64,000 nucleotides of DNA from Bacteroidaceae bacterium (lineage in GTDB: Bacteria > Bacteroidota > Bacteroidia > Bacteroidales > Bacteroidaceae). Positions 1-12,400 of this stretch are shown here, piece by piece. The notes under the pieces are model-generated. The model worked only from the letters and a program-made list of their open reading frames with translations, had not been told where the DNA came from and searched no databases. The number at the start of each line of letters is the position of its first letter. The stretch's first letter is position 1. The position numbers and the translations under genes were made by a program. The DNA is taken from positions 8,618-72,617 of the forward strand of contig DASRNO010000081.1 in assembly GCA_035647375.1 (NCBI GenBank), written 5' to 3'.

Positions 1-259
1 CTCTGTAATCGGCATCGATTGTACCCGGTGTGTTAAGAACAGTAATACCCTTTTTTAAGGCTAAGCCGCTCCTTGGGCGAATCTGTGCTTCAAAACCAAT
101 TGGCAAAGCAATATATAAGCCGGTAGGAATAAGGGAGCGCTCCATGGGCTTAAGAATAACCGGTTTATTCAAATTAGCACGTATATCCATTCCTGCCGAC
201 TGGATTGTAGAGTAAGAGGGTAGGGAATGTTTAGATCGATTTATTATCTTGACTTTCAT
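1..259 (-). CDS. dut: dUTP diphosphatase (dUTPase), N-terminal part only; the gene runs off the left edge
   Basis: Reverse-strand translation from the ATG (complement of 257-259) reads [30 protein letters not shown]...[27 protein letters not shown]. These are the conserved dUTPase motifs (SAGxD, RSGLA, GxIDxDYRG). It is absent from the ORF track because there is no stop inside the window. Confidence 0.9.
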   Translation of the reverse strand, partial: MKVKIINRSKHSLPSYSTIQSAGMDIRANLNKPVILKPMERSLIPTGLYIALPIGFEAQIRPRSGLALKKGITVLNTPGTIDADYR

Positions 260-349
260 CTCTATTTAATTATTTAATGCGAAAATAGTAATAATGGCAC
301 TATTCTTTTATAGTTTTCTCAAAAATTAGATTAAATGGCTCAAATCGTA

Positions 350-357
350 TATTTTTG
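350..357 (+). promoter_or_regulatory. Bacteroidota-type -7 promoter box TATTTTTG (TAnnTTTG) upstream of the dGTPase gene
   Basis: Exact TAnnTTTG match about 25 nt upstream of the ATG at 382. It overlaps the TTG (355) that the ORF track uses as start, which argues for the ATG at 382 as the true start. Confidence 0.45.
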
Positions 358-381
358 AAGAGTAAAAATAAAATAATATTT

Positions 382-1719
382 ATGGATTGGAAAAACTTGC
401 TGTCAAATAAAAGGTTAGGCATGGAGCAGATTCATGTAAGCCAAATTGACGATCGTTCTGTATTTCTTCGCGATTATGACCGACTAATTTTTTCTTCTCC
501 TTTCAGAAGGCTTCAAAACAAGACTCAAGTCTTTCCTCTTCCAGGAAGTGTTTTTGTTCATAACCGTCTCACTCACAGCCTAGAGGTCTCCTGTGTAGGT
601 CGCTCTCTTGGAAACAACGTTTCTAAAATTCTTCTTTCACAAAACAAGCAACTATCGGCTACTTTTATTCACGAGATTGGGAATATAGTCTCTGCAGCTT
701 GTCTTGCCCACGATATGGGAAATCCCCCTTTCGGCCATTCAGGTGAAAAAGCTATTTCAACCTATTTTTCAGAGGGAAAAGGAGTAGCTCTTAAGGAGTA
801 TTTCATCAACCAACCTGTTTTATGGAGCGATATTATTAACTTTGAAGGTAACGCTAATGCTTTCAGATTACTTACACACCAGTTTCTTGGTCGACGCAAG
901 GGAGGTTTTGCCCTCACTTACTCAACTTTAGCGTCGATTGTCAAATATCCATACTCCTCTTTATACGCAAAAAACAAATCTAAATTCGGTTTTTTCCAAA
1001 GTGAGGCCAAAAATTTTAAAAAAATTGCCGATGAGCTTGGGTTAATTCGTATAAGCAAAGAGAATGAATCACTGAAATATGTCAGGCACCCGCTTGTATA
1101 TCTGGTTGAGGCCGCCGATGATATATGTTATCTTTTAATGGATATGGAAGATGCCCACAAATTGAAACTTATCTCTACAGACTTAACTAAATCCATGATG
1201 ATGAATTTTCTGAAAAACGACGAGCAAGATCATGCTAAAAAGATTTGCAATATGGTTGGAGATGTAAATGAGCAGATAGGATATCTTCGTTCAAAAATTA
1301 TTGGATTACTTATAAAAGAGTGTACGGAAGTCTTTATTGAGAACCACAACGACATTTTAAGAGGGGAGTTTCCCGGATCACTCATAGAAAACATAAGAGA
1401 TAAACCCGCTGAAGCATATAAACAATGCCGTAATCTCTCCATTAATCAGATTTACAAATCAAAAGAGGTTCTAGATGTGGAATTAGCGGGATTCCAAATA
1501 ATTAGTACCCTTTTAAATTTGATGGTAAATGCTGTTCAATATCCACATAAAGCATATTCTACACTATTGATAGATAGAGTTTCAAGCCAATACGATATTA
1601 AAAATAACTCTTTATATGTAAGAATTCTTGCCGTTCTTGATTATATATCGGCCATGACAGATGTATATGCATTAGATCTATATCGTAAAATTAATGGAAA
1701 TAGCCTTCCAGCAGTCTAA
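382..1719 (+). CDS. dgt: dGTP triphosphohydrolase-family HD-domain protein (dGTPase-like)
   Basis: HD-domain motifs are present (HNRLTHSLEVSCVGRSLG, CLAHDMGNPPFGHSGE, EAADDICY), and the length (about 445 aa) is typical. The start is moved from TTG 355 to ATG 382 because of the promoter box. Confidence 0.85.
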   Translation: MDWKNLLSNKRLGMEQIHVSQIDDRSVFLRDYDRLIFSSPFRRLQNKTQVFPLPGSVFVHNRLTHSLEVSCVGRSLGNNVSKILLSQNKQLSATFIHEIGNIVSAACLAHDMGNPPFGHSGEKAISTYFSEGKGVALKEYFINQPVLWSDIINFEGNANAFRLLTHQFLGRRKGGFALTYSTLASIVKYPYSSLYAKNKSKFGFFQSEAKNFKKIADELGLIRISKENESLKYVRHPLVYLVEAADDICYLLMDMEDAHKLKLISTDLTKSMMMNFLKNDEQDHAKKICNMVGDVNEQIGYLRSKIIGLLIKECTEVFIENHNDILRGEFPGSLIENIRDKPAEAYKQCRNLSINQIYKSKEVLDVELAGFQIISTLLNLMVNAVQYPHKAYSTLLIDRVSSQYDIKNNSLYVRILAVLDYISAMTDVYALDLYRKINGNSLPAV

Positions 1720-1725
1720 TTACAT

Positions 1726-2727
1726 TCACGACTCTCTCTTTTTTTTTCTTTTTATTCGTTTAATCTTGAAAAGCATATTTAGTTTAAAGACCAATGGGTT
1801 ATTCATAATAAACGAATCCACATGACGCAAACGTTTTTCCGGAAGAATTTCGTTAACATTGATAAGAATTCCTGTCTCCTCCACATTGCCAAATTTTTCA
1901 TTAATAGCTGTTCCAAAGGATTTCATTGTGGGTGATAGCCCAATATAGGAGTTAATCAGTGGAGGAATAGAATATCCGGCTGCTCTTATTGTAGATTTCA
2001 ATATTCTATAATCCTTCTTAAACGATTTTCCGGAAAATAACGAATTTAGTAGCTCTATATCGTTCTCTATATTCAATGGCTTCTTAGGGAGAACCAGTTT
2101 TAATGAATCATTAAAATTCATTGAAATAAAATATCTTATCATATCCCGACACTTTACAGGTAAAGAGGAATACATTGTCATTTTCCCAAAAAAGAACCTA
2201 AATTCAGGTACTAATACAATCAGTGCTCCCAATCCATCCCATAAATTATCAAGAGCAAAAAGGCTTTTGGCACCTCTCCTAGAGGATTGATACTCCAAAG
2301 TAACAAAACTCCTGCCTAATTCAATTGTGTAAGGAAGATACTCCTTGATAAATCTTTCTGAAAAATTAAACATGTGAGATGTGGCCAAAATAGGCTGTCC
2401 ATTTGAATCAAATTTGGCATCGGTTCCCACAATAAAACGATAACCTCCAACAATCTCTTCCGATTCGGGATTCCACACAATAAGCTGACGATATGGAGTA
2501 CTCATTGTATCAAAATAGTCTATATCCAAAGAGTGCCCGGTTCCACCCCCTGAGTCTCTAAAAGCTATCTCACGAAGCCTTCCTGTCTCTCTCATCAGAT
2601 TAGGAGCCTGTTTAGCTGTAAAAACATATATCTCGTTATCACTTTTGTTTGTGGTTCTAAGTCTCCTGCTCTCAATCAACTCAGCTTTTAAAAGATTACG
2701 GGGTACTGCTTGAATTATCTGTTCCAT
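1726..2727 (-). CDS. glsB: GNAT-like N-acyl amino acid synthase (glycine lipid / commendamide-type N-acyltransferase, often annotated hemolysin)
   Basis: This is a 333 aa protein of the size and architecture of Bacteroidales GlsB. It lies immediately downstream of a PlsC-type acyltransferase, which is the characteristic glsA-glsB pairing. The C-terminal tail is Lys-rich (KIKRIKRKKKRES). Confidence 0.65.
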   Translation of the reverse strand: MEQIIQAVPRNLLKAELIESRRLRTTNKSDNEIYVFTAKQAPNLMRETGRLREIAFRDSGGGTGHSLDIDYFDTMSTPYRQLIVWNPESEEIVGGYRFIVGTDAKFDSNGQPILATSHMFNFSERFIKEYLPYTIELGRSFVTLEYQSSRRGAKSLFALDNLWDGLGALIVLVPEFRFFFGKMTMYSSLPVKCRDMIRYFISMNFNDSLKLVLPKKPLNIENDIELLNSLFSGKSFKKDYRILKSTIRAAGYSIPPLINSYIGLSPTMKSFGTAINEKFGNVEETGILINVNEILPEKRLRHVDSFIMNNPLVFKLNMLFKIKRIKRKKKRES

Positions 2728-2738
2728 TTATATAACCA

Positions 2739-3554
2739 TTATAAAGAGTATATAATATTCTGTACATATTTAGCCCAGTCTGAAGCACTTTTAGAGTTAT
2801 CAAAAAAACGCCATGAGAGAGGTTTTCCTATTGTCACATTAAAAGTTTCTCCTCTTTTTTTGAACATCTCGTCTGCCAAAAATAACATAGCAACATTAAA
2901 CTTTAAACCTATTGCTTTATTAATATTGGCCAGTCTATAAAAGAAATCTGAGTTTGCTCCTTCAAAGCGAATGGGTATGATGTCTCTTTTGAATTGCATG
3001 CTCTTCGTAACAAAAGTTTTGCTCCATGGTAAATCCTTAATAACCCCTTTTATTCTTCGTGAACAAAGACCGGCCGGAAACATAAGAATATTGTTATCTG
3101 AACAAAAGGTGTTATTGACCAAATCCGGTAAGACTCTAGATTGTGCACCCGTTTTATTCACGGGAACAAAGAGTGGAGCCAGAACTTTAATGCTCATAAG
3201 CAAATCATTTACCAACAACTTAATCCGGCCTTCGTATCTATTTCCAAGCAACATAGCCAAAGCTAAACCATCAGGCCCCCCTAAAGGGTGATTAGATACA
3301 AAAACATTTGTATAAGTATCCGGAAAATTATCTTCTCCTTTCACGGAGAGCTTTATATCAAGACTCTCCAAAACATGTTCACAAAATTCATGCCCTCTCT
3401 TTCCCTTTCCGCTTATTATTAGATCGTTAATCTCTTTCTGATGAATTATTCTCTTTAAAAGTTTAATTATTACACTAGGTAATCTAACATTTTTATCACC
3501 CATTTTATCTCTTAAAACTTGATTGATATCAATCAGAATTTCATCGTAATTCAT
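2739..3554 (-). CDS. glsA: Lysophospholipid/PlsC-family O-acyltransferase (glycine lipid second acylation step)
   Basis: This is a 271 aa protein with the acyltransferase block-I-like motif VSNHPLGGPDG and a downstream FPAG motif (MFPAGLCSRR). An 11-nt gap separates it from the downstream GNAT gene. Confidence 0.65.
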   Translation of the reverse strand: MNYDEILIDINQVLRDKMGDKNVRLPSVIIKLLKRIIHQKEINDLIISGKGKRGHEFCEHVLESLDIKLSVKGEDNFPDTYTNVFVSNHPLGGPDGLALAMLLGNRYEGRIKLLVNDLLMSIKVLAPLFVPVNKTGAQSRVLPDLVNNTFCSDNNILMFPAGLCSRRIKGVIKDLPWSKTFVTKSMQFKRDIIPIRFEGANSDFFYRLANINKAIGLKFNVAMLFLADEMFKKRGETFNVTIGKPLSWRFFDNSKSASDWAKYVQNIIYSL

Positions 3555-3581
3555 ATTTATTTGAAAACTTTTTCACTTAAA

Positions 3582-5009
3582 TCACTCATCTTCATCCCTC
3601 TCATATATAAGTCCCTCATCTATATTGGGAAGTTTTTTCGAGCTAGTAGCTCCTAAATTTATCAACTTTTGTGTCGCTCCCACTATACTTTGTCTACCCG
3701 TTTTCAATTTTTTATCTGCCTCAACAAACATCTCACTTGCCTTTGAAATTCGCATACCGACCTCCTGAAAACGTGAGTAAAAATCACTCACTCTATCAAG
3801 AAGTCTCCTTGCTGCATCAAACACCTCACGCTGATTCCTAGCCTGCTGCACCTGTGTCCATGCAAGCTGTATCATTCTTAATAGCGCCAAAAGATTTTGT
3901 TCACTGGTAATAAAAACTCCTTTTTCAAAAGACTCCCTCCAAAGCGAGGGATCTTTAAAGAAAGCCAGCTGCATAGCATTCTCGTTAGGTACAAACATAA
4001 TTACATAGTTCAAAGATACTCTGGGAGCTTTTATATATGAGCTGTAATCCTTATTTACTAACTCTCTTACATGATTTTTCATGCTTTCCAGATGCCGTTG
4101 TAATGCTAACTCCTTAACAGAGTCATCTTCTGTATTGCAATAGTCAACATAGGCCGACAGTGAGCATTTAGAATCAATTACCACATCTTTATTGTCCGGA
4201 TAATGAACAAGAATATCTGGAATAAGTCTTTTACCGGCATCACTTGTAACCGTACGGCCCGCATCATCACGTATTGCAGTTTGCTTATCATAATGTTCGC
4301 CCTCTATAAGGCCCGATTTTTCCAAAATATTTTCTAAAATCAGCTCGCCCCAGTTACCTTGAATCTTAGTCTCGTTTCTCAAAGCAGACGATAGTTTATC
4401 CGCCTCACTACCTATCTCTACCGTCCTTTTCATCATCTCTTCTATTGATTTTTCAAGAGAAGAGATATTCTTATTAGAAAGATCGCGAGAAGAGTCCAAC
4501 GACTTTTTCATATCTACTATGGTCTCTTTTAATGGAGTGATTATGGCAGACATCTGCGTAGTATTCTGTTCAGCCAGAGATTTAGCTCTCTGTTCTAACA
4601 ATTGTTGTGAGATGTTCTTAAACTCCTCACGTAACTGTTCATTCTTCTGAGTCCACTCCCTTTCAAGTATCTCAAGATTTTCAGTTTGTCTCTTCTCTAA
4701 GTCAATTTTTCTCTCTTTGAAGTTTTTATCCTGTTCGGATAATCTCTGCTCATAAAAATCTTCAAGATCTTTCCTTCTCTGTTCATAGATTATAAGCTCC
4801 TTCTGATAATTCTCTTCGAATAATATTTTCTCTCGCTCGGCTTTTTCCTGCTCCAAAACTATCTTTAAATTAAAATTTTCTCTCTCCTGAATCAACCGAT
4901 TTTCTAGAATCATCTTTTCCTTTTTACAAGTGAAAATAAAGACAACAAAAGCGATAGATTCTAATAGCACAATTGTTAAACAAATAATAGATAATATTGA
5001 AATAGACAT
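3582..5009 (-). CDS. rmuC: DNA recombination protein RmuC
   Basis: It has an N-terminal TM helix, a long E/K/Q-rich coiled coil, then the RmuC nuclease-like core (QGNWGELILENILE, VIDSK, MFVPNE). Confidence 0.85.
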   Translation of the reverse strand: MSISILSIICLTIVLLESIAFVVFIFTCKKEKMILENRLIQERENFNLKIVLEQEKAEREKILFEENYQKELIIYEQRRKDLEDFYEQRLSEQDKNFKERKIDLEKRQTENLEILEREWTQKNEQLREEFKNISQQLLEQRAKSLAEQNTTQMSAIITPLKETIVDMKKSLDSSRDLSNKNISSLEKSIEEMMKRTVEIGSEADKLSSALRNETKIQGNWGELILENILEKSGLIEGEHYDKQTAIRDDAGRTVTSDAGKRLIPDILVHYPDNKDVVIDSKCSLSAYVDYCNTEDDSVKELALQRHLESMKNHVRELVNKDYSSYIKAPRVSLNYVIMFVPNENAMQLAFFKDPSLWRESFEKGVFITSEQNLLALLRMIQLAWTQVQQARNQREVFDAARRLLDRVSDFYSRFQEVGMRISKASEMFVEADKKLKTGRQSIVGATQKLINLGATSSKKLPNIDEGLIYERDEDE

Positions 5010-5082
5010 CTTTAAAAAAAATTATATGGTTGAACGAAAGTACGAAAATATTTTTAAAGTGGATGGAAGAGATTGCCGGAAT

Positions 5083-5123
5083 AAAAAGAGCCCTCCGTAA
5101 TTTATTCCGGAGGGCTCTTTTTT
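5083..5123 (-). terminator. Intrinsic terminator downstream of rpoC (stem AGAGCCCTCCG / CGGAGGGCTCT flanked by A and T runs)
   Basis: An 11-bp GC-rich perfect stem (5087-5097 / 5108-5118) is flanked by A/T runs, so a U-tract follows on either strand. It lies 14 nt past the rpoC stop. Confidence 0.8.
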
Positions 5124-5136
5124 ATCAAGAAAAAAA

Positions 5137-8100
5137 TCAATCGTTACTCTCTTCGACAGATAAATAGTCAATTACATTTGACTTGTTTAACTGCTCTCTT
5201 TCATATTCAGCTTTACTACCTACAATGATCCGATCATACTCACGTAATCCGGTACCGGCAGGTATAAGATGACCACATATAACATTCTCCTTCATACCGA
5301 GTAGATTATCTGTTTTTCCGTTAATAGCAGCTTCGTTAAGAACTTTTGTTGTCTCTTGGAAAGATGCAGCCGACATGAAACTTTGTGTTTGAAGAGCAGC
5401 TCTGGTTATACCCTGCAGAACCTGTGTAGATGTAGCCGGTATAGCATCGCGTACCTGAATCAATTTTAAGTCTTTACGCTTGAGTGAACTATTCTCATCA
5501 CGAAGTTTTCTTGCCGTAACAATCTGACCAGATATAAAAATCTCGGAATCTCCAGAATCTATTACAACTTTTTTGCCCCAGATTTTATCATTCTCTTCCA
5601 TAAACACAAGTTTGTCAATAATCTGTTGTTCAAGGAAACGAGTATCTCCGGGTTCATCAATCTGCACTTTACGCATCATCTGACGAACAATTATTTCAAA
5701 ATGCTTATCGTTTATTTTTACACCTTGTAAACGATAAACACTTTGAACCTCATTTACTATATACTCCTGAACAGCAGTTGGTCCTTTGATAGCTAAAATA
5801 TCCGCAGGGGTAATAGCACCATCCGAAAGAGGCGTTCCCGCTCTTACATAATCACCTTCCTGAACCAGAATCTGTTTTGATAGCGCAACAAGATATTTTT
5901 TCTCCTCTCCTGTTCTGGAAGTAACCGAAATTTCACGATTACCTCTTTTTATCTTACCCATACGTACCTCTCCATCAATTTCTGATACAACAGCCGGATT
6001 AGATGGATTTCTGGCCTCAAAAACCTCAGTTACACGCGGCAAACCTCCGGTAATATCGCCAGCTTTCCCCTGAACACGCGGTATCTTTACAATGTTTTCA
6101 CCAGCCTTTAGAGCCTGTCCATCTTTCACTACAACGTGGCCTCCAACAGGTAGATTATAAGATCTAAGAACCTCTCCCTTAGCATCAACAATTAATGCTG
6201 TAGGAATCTTTGCTTTGTCTTTGGTTTCAATAATAACAATCTCCTCCAAACCTGTTGATTCATCAGATTCTATCTTGAAGGTTACATTCTCTATTACAGA
6301 TTCAAATTTTACAAAACCCTCTACTTCTGTAATGATAACAGCATTAAACGGATCCCAGTCTGCTATCAACTCTCCTTTCTTTACCACATCTTTATTGCTT
6401 ATGTAGAGTGTTGATCCATAGGGTAAAGTATGTGTTGATAGTATAATCCCTGTATTCTCATCTATAAAACGAATTTCGCCCAAGCGACCAATAACTATCC
6501 TTACAACATCTCCGCTTTGCTTTGTTGCCACGACTGTCTTAACCTCCTCGAACTCCACTCTTGAGTCATTTTTAGCTACTAATCTGGAATCAGCAGCAAT
6601 ATTAGAGGCTGTACCACCAGCATGGAATGTACGTAAAGTAAGCTGTGTGCCCGGCTCTCCAATAGACTGAGCTGCAATAACACCCACAGCCTCGCCTTTC
6701 TCCACAAGACGTCCATTAGGCAGGTTGCGACCATAACATTTTGCACATACTCCATGTTTTGACTCACAAGTAAGTACTGAGCGAATCTCTACACTCTCTA
6801 TTGGTGACTCGTTAATCTTCTTTGCAATATCCTCTACAATCTCCTCACCTCCAGAAACCAAAAGTTCTCCGGTAGTAGGATGAATAACATCATGCACAGA
6901 TACACGACCAAGTATTCTCTCATAGAGCGATGCTACAATCTCTTCGTTCTCTTTAATAGCTGTACAGACCAATCCTCTAAGGGTGCCACAGTCATCATCT
7001 GTAATGATAACATCGTGAGATACATCAACAAGACGTCTAGTAAGATATCCTGCATCTGCTGTCTTTAGTGCAGAGTCGGCTAAACCTTTTCTTGCTCCAT
7101 GAGTAGATATAAAGTACTCAAGAACACTCAAACCCTCTTTAAAGTTAGATAAAATTGGGTTCTCTATTATTTGAGCACCTTCTGCTCCGGCTTTTTGTGG
7201 TTTTGCCATAAGACCCCTCATTCCAGAAAGTTGACGAATTTGTTCTTTTGAACCGCGAGCTCCAGAGTCAAGCATCATATAAACTGAGTTGAAACCCTGC
7301 TCGTCAGAAGAGATTGTCTTCATCAATACTTTCGATAGATCCTCATTAACGTGAGTCCATACATCTATAACCTTATTGTAACGTTCGTTATCGGTTATAA
7401 GTCCCATATTGTACTCTGAGGTAATTGTATCAACCTCTAAGTTACCCTTTACTACCAAATCCTCTTTCTCACTAGGTATAATGATGTCGCTTAAGTTAAA
7501 AGAGAGACCTCCCTTGAAAGCCATATCATAACCTAAATTCTTTATACCATCCAAAAACTGACAAGCTTTAGATATTCCAACTCTCTTTATAACTTCTGTT
7601 ATTAAATCACGAAGAGTTTTCTTAGAGATCAAACTATTGATAAAACCAACCTCAGCGGGAACAATCTCATTAACAATTACACGGCCTACAGAGGTTTCTA
7701 CAAGCCTTTTTACCATGTTGCCTTGTTCATCTATATCGTTAACAAGTACCTTAACTATAGCATGAATATCAACTCTATTCTCATTATATGCTACCAAAGC
7801 CTCTTCAGGTCCGTAAAAAACAAGGCCCTCGCCCTTAGCGCCCTTACGCAATTTGGTAATATAATATAAACCCAAAACCATATCTTGAGAAGGCACGGTT
7901 ATAGGTGCTCCATTAGCTGGATTTAGAATATTATGGGATTGCAACATAAGCATTTGCGCCTCTAGGACAGCTTCATTACTCAAAGGCAAGTGCACTGCCA
8001 TCTGATCTCCATCAAAGTCAGCATTAAACGCAGTACAGGCAAGCGGATGAAGTTGAATGGCCTTACCCTCAATCATTTTGGGTTGAAATGCCTGAATACC

Positions 8101-9441
8101 AAGACGGTGAAGTGTGGGAGCACGATTCAATAGAACAGGATGTCCTTTCATTACATGCTCAAGAATATCCCATATTACAGGATCCTTACGATCAACTATT
8201 TTTTTTGCTGATTTTACAGTTTTTACAATACCTCTCTCAATAAGTCTTCTTATTATAAATGGTTTGTAGAGCTCTGCGGCCATTAATTTTGGAATACCAC
8301 ACTCTCCCATCTTAAGTTCTGGTCCAACAACAATAACCGAGCGAGCTGAATAATCAACTCGTTTCCCAAGAAGATTTTGGCGGAAACGTCCCTGTTTCCC
8401 TTTTAATGAATCTGAAAGAGACTTAAGTGGACGATTAGCATCAGATTTAACCGCACTAGATTTTCTAGAATTGTCAAAGAGAGAGTCAACAGCCTCTTGT
8501 AGCATTCTCTTTTCATTTCTTAGAATAACCTCAGGAGCTTTTATCTCAATTAATCTCTTCAATCGGTTATTACGAATAATTACGCGACGATATAGATCAT
8601 TTAAATCGGATGTGGCAAAACGCCCCCCATCAAGTGGGACAAGAGGTCTCAATTCAGGCGGTATTACAGGGACAACCTTCATAATCATCCACTCCGGTTT
8701 ATTTATGTTTTTAGACTGTCTGAAAGACTCTACAACCTGAAGGCGTTTAAGCGCCTCTGTTTTTCTCTGTTGCGAAGTGTCGTTGGCAGCTTTGTCCCTC
8801 AAATCAAATGAGAGTTTATCTAAATCAATGCTTGAAAGTAACTCAATAATCGCCTCGCCTCCCATTTTTGCAACAAACTTGTTAGGATCCGAATCTTCAA
8901 GATATTGATTCTCTTTCGGCAAAGATTCAATAATATCAATATACTCCTCTTCTGTGAGTAGATCCATTCTGTTACAACCTAATGTTCCTGAGTCAGAGAA
9001 GATTCCAGGCTGAATAACCACATATCTCTCATAGTAGATAATTGTACTAAGTTGTTTAGTAGGTACACCCAACAAATAGCCTATCTTGTTAGGTAAAGAA
9101 CGAAAAAACCATATATGAGCAACGGGTACAACCAAAGAGATGTGTCCCATACGTTCACGACGTACTTTTTTCTCCGTTACCTCTACACCACAACGATCGC
9201 AAACAATTCCCCGATAACGTATACGCTTATACTTTCCACAATGGCACTCATAATCTTTTACAGGACCAAAAATCCTTTCACAAAAAAGGCCATCTCTATC
9301 AGGTTTATATGTGCGATAGTTAATAGTTTCAGGCTTAAGCACTTCACCGCTTGAATTCGCAAGAATCTCTTCAGGTGATGCTAAACTGATAGTAATCTTT
9401 GAAAAATTACTTTTAACTTTTGTATCTTTTTTAAAAAACAT
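5137..9441 (-). CDS. rpoC: DNA-directed RNA polymerase subunit beta'
   Basis: This is a 1434 aa protein with the catalytic NADFDGDQM motif and the zinc-binding Cys cluster ([21 protein letters not shown]). Confidence 0.99.
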   Translation of the reverse strand: MFFKKDTKVKSNFSKITISLASPEEILANSSGEVLKPETINYRTYKPDRDGLFCERIFGPVKDYECHCGKYKRIRYRGIVCDRCGVEVTEKKVRRERMGHISLVVPVAHIWFFRSLPNKIGYLLGVPTKQLSTIIYYERYVVIQPGIFSDSGTLGCNRMDLLTEEEYIDIIESLPKENQYLEDSDPNKFVAKMGGEAIIELLSSIDLDKLSFDLRDKAANDTSQQRKTEALKRLQVVESFRQSKNINKPEWMIMKVVPVIPPELRPLVPLDGGRFATSDLNDLYRRVIIRNNRLKRLIEIKAPEVILRNEKRMLQEAVDSLFDNSRKSSAVKSDANRPLKSLSDSLKGKQGRFRQNLLGKRVDYSARSVIVVGPELKMGECGIPKLMAAELYKPFIIRRLIERGIVKTVKSAKKIVDRKDPVIWDILEHVMKGHPVLLNRAPTLHRLGIQAFQPKMIEGKAIQLHPLACTAFNADFDGDQMAVHLPLSNEAVLEAQMLMLQSHNILNPANGAPITVPSQDMVLGLYYITKLRKGAKGEGLVFYGPEEALVAYNENRVDIHAIVKVLVNDIDEQGNMVKRLVETSVGRVIVNEIVPAEVGFINSLISKKTLRDLITEVIKRVGISKACQFLDGIKNLGYDMAFKGGLSFNLSDIIIPSEKEDLVVKGNLEVDTITSEYNMGLITDNERYNKVIDVWTHVNEDLSKVLMKTISSDEQGFNSVYMMLDSGARGSKEQIRQLSGMRGLMAKPQKAGAEGAQIIENPILSNFKEGLSVLEYFISTHGARKGLADSALKTADAGYLTRRLVDVSHDVIITDDDCGTLRGLVCTAIKENEEIVASLYERILGRVSVHDVIHPTTGELLVSGGEEIVEDIAKKINESPIESVEIRSVLTCESKHGVCAKCYGRNLPNGRLVEKGEAVGVIAAQSIGEPGTQLTLRTFHAGGTASNIAADSRLVAKNDSRVEFEEVKTVVATKQSGDVVRIVIGRLGEIRFIDENTGIILSTHTLPYGSTLYISNKDVVKKGELIADWDPFNAVIITEVEGFVKFESVIENVTFKIESDESTGLEEIVIIETKDKAKIPTALIVDAKGEVLRSYNLPVGGHVVVKDGQALKAGENIVKIPRVQGKAGDITGGLPRVTEVFEARNPSNPAVVSEIDGEVRMGKIKRGNREISVTSRTGEEKKYLVALSKQILVQEGDYVRAGTPLSDGAITPADILAIKGPTAVQEYIVNEVQSVYRLQGVKINDKHFEIIVRQMMRKVQIDEPGDTRFLEQQIIDKLVFMEENDKIWGKKVVIDSGDSEIFISGQIVTARKLRDENSSLKRKDLKLIQVRDAIPATSTQVLQGITRAALQTQSFMSAASFQETTKVLNEAAINGKTDNLLGMKENVICGHLIPAGTGLREYDRIIVGSKAEYEREQLNKSNVIDYLSVEESND

Positions 9442-9471
9442 GACTTTTAGACTTAAAGTGATGAAATAAAC

Positions 9472-12400
9472 TTAATCAAGAGTAACACTTAAGCCCAATC
9501 CGCGTAATTCATGCAGAAGCACATTCAATGATTCTGGAATTCCCGGAATAGGCATAGGATCGCCCTTAACAATAGACTCATAAGCCTTAGAGCGTCCAAT
9601 GACGTCATCAGACTTAATAGTCAAAATCTCCTGTAGAACATGAGATGCTCCAAATGCCTCTAAAGCCCACACCTCCATTTCTCCAAATCGCTGTCCACCA
9701 AATTGGGCCTTTCCTCCCAATGGTTGCTGTGTAATAAGAGAGTAAGGTCCAATAGAACGAGCATGCATCTTATCCTCCACCATATGGCCAAGTTTGAGCA
9801 TATATGCAACACCTACGGTTGCATACTGGTCAAAGGGTTCACCTGTTCCTCCATCAAACAACTGAGTTTTACCATATCTGGGTAAACCAGCTTTATCAGT
9901 CCATTCGTTCAAATCATCAAGCGTGGCCCCATCAAAAATTGGTGTGGCAAACTTTATACCAAGTTTCTTTCCCGCATGTCCTAATACAGTTTCGAAAATC
10001 TGACCTATATTCATACGCGAAGGTACTCCTAATGGATTCAAAACAATATCTACCGGAGTTCCATCGGCCATAAATGGCATATCCTCTGATTTTACAACTC
10101 TTGAAACAATACCCTTATTACCGTGACGACCAGCCATCTTATCACCTACACCAATCTTTCGTTTTTTAGCTATATATACCTTAGCCATTTGAATAATACC
10201 AGTAGGAAGTTCGTCTCCTATTGTCAAAGCGAATTTTTTACGCTTCATTTCAGCATCTAACTCCTTATATTTTCTTAGATAGTTTATTATAAGATTACTT
10301 ATAAGAGTATTAATGTGATTATCGGTAGTCCAGCGACTTGATTGTATAGAAGAGAAATCCAAATTTTCGAGTTCGCGCTTTGTAAAACGCAGCCCCTTTG
10401 GTATAACCTCTGTCCCCATGTAGTCACATACTCCTTGTGAAATTTTGTTCTCCGTAAGTTTCATCAATCTACCAATAAGAATATTTTTCAATTCTTTAAT
10501 TTTATCCTCAAACTCCTCATCTATCATCGGCAACTTAGCCTTATCAGCCAGTTTATCACTTCGAGTTTTTATAGCTCTTGAAAATAATCTCTTATCAATA
10601 ACAACACCCTTAAGAGAGGGAGAAGCTTTCAAGGAAGCATCCTTAACATCGCCAGCCTTGTCTCCAAAAATAGCACGGAGAAGTTTCTCCTCAGGAGAGG
10701 GATCTGATTCTCCTTTAGGAGTAATCTTACCAATAAGAATATCACCGGGTGTAACATAAGCTCCCACTCTGATTATTCCATTCTCATCAAGATCTTTTGT
10801 AGCCTCCTCGCTAACATTGGGAATATCGGCTGTAAGCTCTTCAAGGCCACGTTTAGTCTCGCGTACTTCAAGCTGAAATTCCTCCACATGTATCGATGTC
10901 AAAATATCCTCTCGAACTACTCGCTCACTAAGCACAATAGCATCTTCGTAGTTATATCCTTTCCAAGGCATATAGGCCACAAGTAAATTTTTCCCCAGAG
11001 CCAATTCACCGTTAGAGGTAGAATAACCCTCTGTCAAAATTTCGCCCGCTTTAACCCGATCACCTTTCTCACAAAGAGGACGCAGATTGATGGTCATGTT
11101 CTGATTAGTTCTACGAAATTTAGGTATTCTATACTCTTTCTCCGCTTTGTCAAAACTAATAAATTCCTCATCTTCTGTTCTGTCATACTTAATACGAATA
11201 GTTGACGAATCAACATAAGTAACCTCGCCATCACCCTCGGCAGTAAGTTGAGTACGGGAATCTTTAACCAACTGATCTTCAATGCCTGTACCAATTATAG
11301 GAGCCTCAGTTCTCAGAAGAGGTACCGCCTGACGCATCATGTTTGATCCCATAAGTGCGCGATTGGCATCGTTATGTTCCAGAAAAGGAATAAGAGCTGC
11401 CGCTATTGAGGCAATCTGTTGTGGAGATACATCCATTAGCTCAACTTCGGCAGGATCAACTACCGGGAAGTCGGCATCCTTACGAGATTTTACACGATCG
11501 CGTATAAATTTGCCACTTTCATCATATGGTGCATTACCCTGCCCAATAACCAAATCTTCCTCCTCTTCGGCAGTAAGATATATAACCTCAGAGTTATTAA
11601 GATTAACGTTACATTTTTTCACTTTTCGGTAAGGTGTCTCTATAAATCCCAAATCGTTTATTTTGGCATATATACACAATGATGATATAAGTCCTATATT
11701 CGGACCCTCAGGAGTCTCAATTGGACAAAGCCGTCCATAGTGTGTAAAATGCACATCTCGAACCTCGAATCCCGCACGTTCACGCGACAAACCACCGGGT
11801 CCAAGTGCCGACATACGACGCTTATGTGTAATTTCAGCCAAAGGATTAGTCTGATCCATAAACTGAGAGAGCGCATTGGTTCCAAAGAATGAATTGATTA
11901 CGGCAGAAACAGTCTTAGCATTGATCAAATCTGTAGGAGTGAAGACCTCGTTATCGCGAACATTCATTCTCTCTCGTATAGTTCTTGCCATTCTAGCTAA
12001 ACCAACTGCAAATTGATTCGATAACTGTTCTCCTACAGTACGGACACGACGATTGCTAAGATGATCAATATCATCAACAATCGCTTTTGAGTTAACAAGC
12101 TCAATAAGATATTTGATAATCTCAATTATATCCTCTTTTGTAAGAACTCCAAGATCCTTATCTGTTGAAAGACCTAGTTTTCTGTTTACCCTAAAGCGGC
12201 CGACTTCACCAAGATCATATCTCTTTTCAGAGAAGAAGAGATTATTAATAACCTCGCGAGCACTTGCTTCATCGGTAGGATCCGCATTACGTAACTGCCT
12301 GTAAATATATAATACAGCCTCTTTTTCGGAATTACTGGGATCCTTTTGCAAGGTATTAAAAATAATAGAGTAGTCCGATTGATTGATGCTCTCTCTATGT

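Noticed and set aside
30-215. A 61-aa forward-strand ORF.
   Set aside because: It is antisense to the clearly conserved dut coding sequence.
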